Shown here: positions 57,414 to 64,000 of the stretch, piece after piece | Layout: every line of letters begins with the position of its first letter | Numbering within the stretch: the first letter of the stretch is position 1 | Origin: Elusimicrobiota bacterium | GTDB taxonomy: Bacteria > Elusimicrobiota > Elusimicrobia > F11 | DNA: 64,000 bases | NCBI GenBank assembly: GCA_044221725.1 | Contig: JBGAON010000004.1 | Location: 275,557-339,556, forward strand | Direction: 5' to 3' | Program-made: the position numbers and the translations under genes | Notes under the pieces: model-generated | What the model was told of the DNA's origin: nothing | What the model saw: only the letters and a program-made list of their open reading frames with translations | Databases searched by the model: none

Positions 57414-60400
57414 CAGTCGGGCACCGTCGCTTTTCCTGTGATTCGGATTTGTTGCGCGTTACCGGTCGTCGTCAAATTCGGCATCGCCAACTTGAACCAA
57501 ATGGTGCGCGTTCCGCCGGGGGGAACGTCAACGCACGTGGTTGCCGCGTTGGTGATTTGAGACGAGGTGCAGCGCGTGTAACTTGCGGAATTTAGTTTGT
57601 CGTCAACAGCGAAATCGGTGGAAATCGGTTCGGTATCGTTAACAATGGCCCACAAAACAAAGTGATCGGTCGATGTGCTCGCGGCCATTTGCCACGGTGT
57701 GCCGGCGGTAGCGGTCGTTGCGTGGAATTCGAATGTTTCGTTGACGTTGCCATTGTTCGTAACAACGATGCCCGTTGAAATAACGAGCGTTGTGTTGAGA
57801 TTGATGGTGCCGGTGAGCGCGAGCGTGTCGGTCGAAAGTTGAATGCTGAGATTCAGGCTTTGAGCGTAGGTCGTTGCTCCATTCGAAATCGCGGACGTGT
57901 TCCCGTGGATGTCCTTCGTCCAGGCTCGGAAGTAATACGTCCCGCCGCTGATAAGCCCCGTAATTGTTCTGTGTTGCACCGATGATGCGGCGACGTTTGT
58001 TGTAGCGATGATGGTGCGATAAACGTAAGGGAACGGATCCGATGTTGGTGACCACGAACCGCCATTGGCGAACGAACTGTCTGTCGAATATTGGATTGTG
58101 AACGTGGAGTTGATGAGCGTGCCGAGCGACCCATCTTCTCCGGGCGCGGTCCACGTTAAATCGATTGAACTTCCCGTTCCGCTGGGGACCGCGGTCAAGT
58201 CGGAAATTGCCGTCGGCGCTCCGAAATCCCAATTTCTATTGTTGCCACCATCAACGCTCGGATAAAACGTTTGCATGACCGCGCCGGACGACGCGTTTGA
58301 GTCTTGCGCGGTCACATTCAAAATTGTCTGGCTGGAACCAGCGTACCGGAAGTACCATGTCGCGTTATTGGATGTTGAGCGCAGTGAAATATTTTCGAAG
58401 TCGAGAAGGCTGGTGACGTATTGCGTCGTTCCCGCCGTGAAGTACAGCGTGGTGTTCGGCGTTGTTGCGCGCAGCGCATAGAACGTTGTTGAGCCGGAAA
58501 GTGTGCTTTGTGTTGGTGCGTTAAATGTGACGGTCGACCCTGTTCCCGTAAATGAGCCGGAGGGGAATCGCCAATCGCCGCCCACCGAAATTGCTTTTGC
58601 ATTCGTGGTGATCGTGCTGCCCGCGAGATTGAAAGTTCCGTCAACCGTCAGCGCGTCTTGAAGCGTGAGAGTTCCGCCGGTTTTGCTGATCGTGAGATTG
58701 AAGAAGTTATCGGCGTTCGACGTGATGTTCTGATTGTTTCCGTTCGTGAACGTGACCGTCGAGCCGCCAGGCACCACGTTTGCACTCCCGGACTCAATCC
58801 AATCGCGCGCGACGCTCATCGTCGAATTGTTGAGATTGAATGTGCCGCCCGTAAGAATGACGTGGCTTGTTACCGTGACGGACCAATTGTTGCCCGTGTC
58901 AAACGTCCCACCGTTGAGCGTGAAGTTTCCGGTGGAATTGAGCATGGAAGCGAGCGTGGCGGTTCCACCGGTTTTGTTCACAAATACGTTCGCGACAATG
59001 GCGCCGCCTGTATGGATTGATTGGTTCTGTGACCCCGTGAACGCAACGGTGGACGCGGCCGCGTTAAACGTTCCGCCAGTGCGAATGAAATCGCCGCCAA
59101 TCGAAAACGTGTTCGTTGTGAGCGTGATCGTGCCGCTCACTTGCGTCACGTTGCTCGCGACGGTGATGGCGTAACCCTGTGTGTTGATGAGGCCGGAATA
59201 TCCCGAGACCGTGAAAGAAGCGATGTTGATATTCGTTGTGATGTTCGCTTGGCCGTTAAATCCACCGCCGCCATCGAACACGACGGTATCGGTCGATGTT
59301 GGAACCGGAGCTCCGCCCAGACTGCCACTCGCGTACGACCAGTTCGCTGCCGATGTCCACAGCCCGCCGCCCGAATTAACCCAGTAACGAACATTCGAAC
59401 CAGCGAACGCCCAATTTCTGTTGTTGCCGGCGTCTCGACTTTGGCTATCGGGGAAAAGCGCGGAACCGAAATTCGCATTGGAGTCTTGAACGGTGACATC
59501 GACAATGGTTTGGCTGGAACCGGTGTATTTGAAATACCAAGTCGCGTTGTTCGTGGTGGAACGTAGATACACGTCGCGGAATTCGACGATGCCGGTGACA
59601 TGGTTTGTTGAACCCGCCGTGAAATAGAGCGTGCTGCCATTCGTGATGGCCCGCAGCGAATAGAACGTGGTCTGACCAAGAAGTGTCTGTGACGTCGCGC
59701 TATTAAATGTGACTGTTGAATTTGTGCCGGTGTATGTCGCGCCCAGCGAATTGGTCCAGTTGCCGCCAATCGTGAGGGCTTTGCCGTTGGTGTTTATCGT
59801 TCCGCCGGCGATCGTGAAAATACCGTCGGCGTCAAAAGCGTCTTGCAGTGTCGCTACGGTGTTCGCGTTCTTGTTAATCTGAAGGTTGAAGAAATTATCG
59901 CCGCTCGAAGTAATGTTCTGCGCGAATCCGCCAATGAACGTAACTGTGGAGAATCCGGGATTCACGACTGCCGAGGTGTTCGTCCAATCGCGTTGCAGTG
60001 ACATCGTCGAATTATTGAGATTGAACGCGCCGGTGTTGGAAATGGAAACATGGCTCGCCACGGTGACGGACCAATTGCTGCCGGTGTCCAACGTTCCCGC
60101 GGAAATTGTTAAGTCGCCGTTCGTTGTTAACGGGGAGGCAAGAGTCGCTGCCGTGCCGCCGGATTTGTTGACGTTGACGGTATAAAAGGCAATCCCGTTT
60201 GGATTGATCGATTGAGCGACGGATCCATTGAATGAAACGGTGGATTGAATCGAATTAAATGTCGCTGCCGTGCGTGTGAAGTTGCCACCGACAAACATTG
60301 TGTTGGTGGTCATGTTGATGGTGCCGTTTGTGAGGAAGACATTGCTTGCGACGGTGATGGTGAACCCTTGTGTGTTCATGGTTCCGTTCAGGAAAGTGAG

Positions 60401-63400
60401 ATCACCATCAACACCGAGGTTGCCGTTGACGGCAAGAGTAGTGCCCGCGGTCTTGCTCGATACCAAGTGATAGAAGTCGGTGCCGCCGGAGGTGAGAATC
60501 TGAGCGTTGCCGCCGATGAAGGACACCGTGGAAGTTCCGGCGCTGAATGTTCCGCCGGTGTTCGTCCAGTTTCGTTGCACGGACATTGTTGAGCCATTCA
60601 ATTGCAAGACGCCGCCCGTGAGGGTCACGTGGCTTGTGACATTAACGGCCCAGTTGCTTGAGGTGGTATCGAGTGTCCCGTTGTTCACTGTCAAGTTTCC
60701 GTTTAAGTTGAGCGTTTGCACGAGAGAGGCGACGGTTCCATTTGCCTTGTTCACGTTTAATGTGAACAGCGCCGCGTTGCCGACGTTGATGGATTGATTC
60801 AGCGTGCCGTTGAGCGCTACCGTTGATGCGGCCGCATTGAATGTTCCGCCCGATCGGATTAAGTCACCGCCGAGAGTGAGAGTGTTGGTGGTGAGAGTAA
60901 TTATTCCACTGACTTGCGTCACATTGCTCGTGACGGTGATGTTGTAACCCTGTGTGTTGATTGTGCCGGTGTAGCCGGCGACCGTCATTGAAGCCACGCT
61001 GATAGTTGTTGTGATATTCGCTTGTCCGTTGAGCGTGTTGGTCGGGCCACCGTCAAAGACGACGGTGTCGGTCGATACTGGTATTGGCGCGCCACCGGTG
61101 CCGCCGCTCACGTACGACCAGGGGGCTGTCGTGTTCCAATTTGCGGCGCCCGCACTGATCCAGTAACGCGCACTCCGTCCACCAAATGCCCAGTTTCGGT
61201 TGTTCCCGAGATCGGTGCTCGTAATATCCGGGAGCAGTGTCGTCCCAAAGAGCGCATTTGAATCTTGCACGGCGACATCCGCAATCGTTTGGCTTGAGCC
61301 GGTGAATTTGAAATACCAAGTGGCGTTGTTGAGTGTTGACTGGAGCCCTATGTCCCTTAACTCAAGAATGCCGGTGACGTGATTGGTGGATCCTGCCGTG
61401 AAATAGATAGTGCTGCCGGGATTAATGGCCCGCAGAGAATAGAAAGTTGTCTGACCGAGAATTGTTTGAGTGGTCGCACCATTGAAGGTAACGGTAGAGT
61501 TTGCGGCGGTGAAAATTCCGGCCGCGCTGTTATCCCAGTTGCCAACAACGGTGAGAAGTTTTCCGTTGGCGTTGATGGTTCCGGCAGTGAGAGTAAAGGC
61601 GCCGTCGACATCGAGTGTGTCTTGCAATGTCGCCACGGTGTTCGCCGTTTTGTTGATTTGAAAGTTAAAGAAGTTATCGCCGTTGGACGTAATGCTCTGC
61701 GCAAACCCGCCAATGAACGTGACAGTAGAAAGTCCGGGGTTCACAAGTGCCGACGTATTTGTCCAGTCACGCTGCAATGACATTGTCGAGTTGTTTAAGT
61801 TGAACGCACCGGTGTTCGTGATTGCGACAAAACTCGCAACGGTCACGGACCAATTGCTGCCGGTGTCCAACGTTCCGGCCGAAATTGCTAAGTCGCCGTT
61901 CGTTGTTAACGGAGATACAAGGGTTGCGGTGGTGCCACCGCTCTTATTGAGGTTGACGGTGTAGAAGGTCAGGCCGTTGGGATTAATGGACTGATCAACG
62001 AAGCCATTGAACGCTACAGTGGAGCGGTTGGCGTTAAAGGTGGTGGCGGCGCGTGAGAAGTTTCCGCCAACGAAGAACGTGTTGGTGGTCATGTTGATGA
62101 TGCCGTTTGTGAGGAAGACGTTGCTCGCGACGGTGATGGAGAATCCTTGTGTGTTCATGGTTCCGTTCAGGAAATTGAGATCGCCATCAACCCCGAGATT
62201 TCCATTCACGGCGAGTGTAGTGCCCGCGGTCTTGCTGGAGACCAAGTGATAGAAGTCGGTGCCGCCGGAGGTGAGAATCTGAGCGTTGCCGCCGATGAAG
62301 GACACCGTGGAAGTTCCGGCGCTGAATGTTCCGCCGGTGTTCGTCCAGTCGCGTTGCACGGACATTGTTGAGCCATTCAATTGCAGAACGCCGCCCGTGA
62401 GGGTCACGTGACTTGTAACGTTAACGGCCCAGTTGCTGAGGCTTGTGTCTAACGTTCCGCCACTCACGCGTAAGCTTCCATTTAAGTTGAGTGTTTGCGT
62501 GAGTGTGGTGATGCCCGAATTCTTGGTGACGTGGAAATTGAAAAGCGTCGCGTTTCCGAGCGTTACGGTCTGATCGATACTTCCGATGACCGCGAGGGTG
62601 GATGCCGCTGTGTTAAACGTGCCACCGCTCCGCAGCAAATCGCCACCGAGGGAGAATGTGTTGGTTGTGAGGGTAAGCGTTCCGCTCGTCTGGGTGACGT
62701 TGCTTGTTACGGTGATGTTATAGCCCTGAGAATTGATCAATCCCGCATAACCGGAAACAGTCAGCGAAGCGATGTTGACAGTTGTTGTGATGTTCGCTTG
62801 TCCGTTAAGCGTGTTGGTCGGGCCACCGTCAAAGACGACGGTGTCCGTCGATGCTGGGATTGGCGCGCCACCGGTGCCGCCGCTCACGTACGACCACGGT
62901 GCTGTCGTGTTCCAATTTGCGGCGCCCGCGCTGATCCAGTAACGCGCACTCCGTCCACCAAATGCCCAGTTTCGGTTGTTCCCGAGATCGGTGCTCGTAA
63001 TATCCGGGAGTAGTGTCGTCCCAAAGAGCGCGTTTGAATCTTGCACGGCGACATCAGCAATCGTTTGGCTTGAGCCGGTGAATTTGAAATACCACGTCGC
63101 ATTGTCTGTGGTGGAGCGTAGAGATACGTCGCGGAATTCGACGATGCCGGTAACGTGGTTGGTTGACCCTGCCGTGAAATAAAGCGTGCTGCCATTTGTA
63201 ATCGCCCGCAGGGAGTAGAACGTGGTTTGCCCGAGGATTGTCTGAGTGGTGTTGCCATTGAAGGAAACGGTAGAGTTTGCGGCGGTGAAAATTCCGGCCG
63301 CGCTGTTATCCCAGTTGCCAACAACGGTGAGAAGTTTTCCGTTTGCGTTGATGGTTCCGGCAGTAAGAGTAAAGGCGCCGTCGACATCGAGTGTGTCTTG

Positions 63401-64000
63401 CAATGTCGCCACGGTGTTCGCCGTTTTGTTGATTTGAAGATTGAAGAAGTTGTCACCAGAGGATGTGACATTCTGCGCGAAGCCACCAAGCAATGTGACT
63501 GTGGAGAAACCTGGGTTCACAAGCGCCGAGGTGTTCGTCCAATTGCGTTGGAGCGACATCGTCGAGTTATTGAGATTGAACGCACCGGTGTTCGTGATTG
63601 CGACAAAACTCGCCACGGTCACGGACCAATTGCTGCCGGTGTCCAACGTTCCGGCCGAAATTGCTAAGTCGCCGTTCGTGGTTAACGGAGATACAAGGGT
63701 CGCTGTGGTTCCACCGCTCTTATTGAGGTTGACGGTGTAAAAAGTCAGACCGTTGGGATTAATGGACTGATCAACGAAGCCATTGAACGCTACAGTGGAG
63801 CGGTTGGCGTTGAAGGTGGTGGCGGTGCGCGAGAAGTTTCCGCCAACGAAGAACGTGTTGGTGGTCATGTTGATGATGCCGTTTGTGAGGAAGACGTTGC
63901 TCGCGACGGTGATGGTGAACCCTTGTGTGTTCATGGTCCCGTTCAGGAAATTGAGATCGCCATCAACCCCGAGATTTCCATTCACGGCGAGTGTAGTGCC
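57413..64000 (-). CDS. Giant Thr/Asn/Gly-rich repeat adhesin-like protein with Fn3 and C-terminal pilin-like domain; 5' end outside the window
   Basis: Over 2190 aa open to the window edge; beta-helix-like repeats, a Fn3 (PTAISDL...TWTAPG...TYYF) and a terminal domain ending TIWFKL.MP..TT...Q.I.IT...VPD. Confidence 0.88.
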   Translation of the reverse strand, partial: GTTLAVNGNLGVDGDLNFLNGTMNTQGFTITVASNVFLTNGIINMTTNTFFVGGNFSRTATTFNANRSTVAFNGFVDQSINPNGLTFYTVNLNKSGGTTATLVSPLTTNGDLAISAGTLDTGSNWSVTVASFVAITNTGAFNLNNSTMSLQRNWTNTSALVNPGFSTVTLLGGFAQNVTSSGDNFFNLQINKTANTVATLQDTLDVDGAFTLTAGTINANGKLLTVVGNWDNSAAGIFTAANSTVSFNGNTTQTILGQTTFYSLRAITNGSTLYFTAGSTNHVTGIVEFRDVSLRSTTDNATWYFKFTGSSQTIADVAVQDSNALFGTTLLPDITSTDLGNNRNWAFGGRSARYWISAGAANWNTTAPWSYVSGGTGGAPIPASTDTVVFDGGPTNTLNGQANITTTVNIASLTVSGYAGLINSQGYNITVTSNVTQTSGTLTLTTNTFSLGGDLLRSGGTFNTAASTLAVIGSIDQTVTLGNATLFNFHVTKNSGITTLTQTLNLNGSLRVSGGTLDTSLSNWAVNVTSHVTLTGGVLQLNGSTMSVQRDWTNTGGTFSAGTSTVSFIGGNAQILTSGGTDFYHLVSSKTAGTTLAVNGNLGVDGDLNFLNGTMNTQGFSITVASNVFLTNGIINMTTNTFFVGGNFSRAATTFNANRSTVAFNGFVDQSINPNGLTFYTVNLNKSGGTTATLVSPLTTNGDLAISAGTLDTGSNWSVTVASFVAITNTGAFNLNNSTMSLQRDWTNTSALVNPGLSTVTFIGGFAQSITSNGDNFFNFQINKTANTVATLQDTLDVDGAFTLTAGTINANGKLLTVVGNWDNSAAGIFTAANSTVTFNGATTQTILGQTTFYSLRAINPGSTIYFTAGSTNHVTGILELRDIGLQSTLNNATWYFKFTGSSQTIADVAVQDSNALFGTTLLPDITSTDLGNNRNWAFGGRSARYWISAGAANWNTTAPWSYVSGGTGGAPIPVSTDTVVFDGGPTNTLNGQANITTTISVASMTVAGYTGTINTQGYNITVTSNVTQVSGIITLTTNTLTLGGDLIRSGGTFNAAASTVALNGTLNQSINVGNAALFTLNVNKANGTVASLVQTLNLNGNLTVNNGTLDTTSSNWAVNVTSHVTLTGGVLQLNGSTMSVQRNWTNTGGTFSAGTSTVSFIGGNAQILTSGGTDFYHLVSSKTAGTTLAVNGNLGVDGDLTFLNGTMNTQGFTITVASNVFLTNGTINMTTNTMFVGGNFTRTAATFNSIQSTVSFNGSVAQSINPNGIAFYTVNVNKSGGTAATLASPLTTNGDLTISAGTLDTGSNWSVTVASHVSISNTGAFNLNNSTMSLQRDWTNTSAVVNPGFSTVTFIGGFAQNITSSGDNFFNLQINKNANTVATLQDAFDADGIFTIAGGTINTNGKALTIGGNWTNSLGATYTGTNSTVTFNSATSQTLLGQTTFYSLRAITNGSTLYFTAGSTNHVTGIVEFRDVYLRSTTNNATWYFKYTGSSQTIVDVTVQDSNANFGSALFPDSQSRDAGNNRNWAFAGSNVRYWVNSGGGLWTSAANWSYASGSLGGAPVPTSTDTVVFDGGGGFNGQANITTNINIASFTVSGYSGLINTQGYAITVASNVTQVSGTITLTTNTFSIGGDFIRTGGTFNAAASTVAFTGSQNQSIHTGGAIVANVFVNKTGGTATLASMLNSTGNFTLNGGTFDTGNNWSVTVTSHVILTGGTFNLNNSTMSVARDWIESGSANVVPGGSTVTFTNGNNQNITSNADNFFNLTISKTGGTLTLQDALTVDGTFNLAGSTITTNAKAISVGGDWRFPSGSFTGTGSTVTFNAPTQSTLSGSTTFYALRATTPNTTLYFTAGTTQYVTSLLDFENISLRSTSNNATWYFRYAGSSQTILNVTAQDSNASSGAVMQTFYPSVDGGNNRNWDFGAPTAISDLTAVPSGTGSSIDLTWTAPGEDGSLGTLINSTFTIQYSTDSSFANGGSWSPTSDPFPYVYRTIIATTNVAASSVQHRTITGLISGGTYYFRAWTKDIHGNTSAISNGATTYAQSLNLSIQLSTDTLALTGTINLNTTLVISTGIVVTNNGNVNETFEFHATTATAGTPWQMAASTSTDHFVLWAIVNDTEPISTDFAVDDKLNSASYTRCTSSQITNAATTCVDVPPGGTRTIWFKLAMPNLTTTGNAQQIRITGKATVPD
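58220..64000 (-). repeat. Intragenic tandem repeats of about 1.78 kb (592-593 aa)
   Basis: The RYW codon block CCAGTAACG occurs at 62936, 61160 and 59381 (spacings 1776 and 1779 bp), with long near-identical DNA tracts between units. Confidence 0.92.

Noticed and set aside
53711..64000. CRISPR array or other non-coding repeat array
   Set aside because: The repeats are long, codon-phased and protein-coding; there is no repeat-spacer pattern or cas gene.

Overview
Bacterial chromosomal segment. The gene repertoire (giant secreted proteins, a PorV/PorP-like barrel, a T9SS-type C-terminal domain) suggests Elusimicrobiota or a similar diderm lineage; this is inference, not a search result. Most of 1-8.6 kb and 18-47 kb is housekeeping: two A-type Fe-S carriers, trxB, mnmG-rsmG, comEC, pgm, glpQ-like, queG, tpiA, mtnP, hemB, lepB, hemL, pabB/pabC-like, hisG and gltX. 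Three loci stand out. (1) 49.1-64 kb, minus strand, is a candidate undescribed surface-fibre system: a giant repeat adhesin ending in a pilin-like domain, four paralogous secreted pilin-like subunits sharing an N-terminal strand, a two-Ig chaperone-like protein, a Fn3/T9SS-CTD protein carrying only that N-terminal strand, and a PorV/PorP-like barrel. (2) A 3049-aa protein has GT-like and kinase-like domains separated by three CPBP-like membrane modules. (3) A DnaA-like AAA+ ATPase lacks the DNA-binding domain, shares an unknown C-terminal domain with its upstream neighbour, and is coupled to a histidine kinase. Smaller items are palindromic insertions in queG, a structured intergenic RNA candidate upstream of the Fe-S carrier genes, and a small toxin-antitoxin patch. 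I recognised no rRNA, tRNA, CRISPR array or transposase. All calls come from reading motifs by eye.
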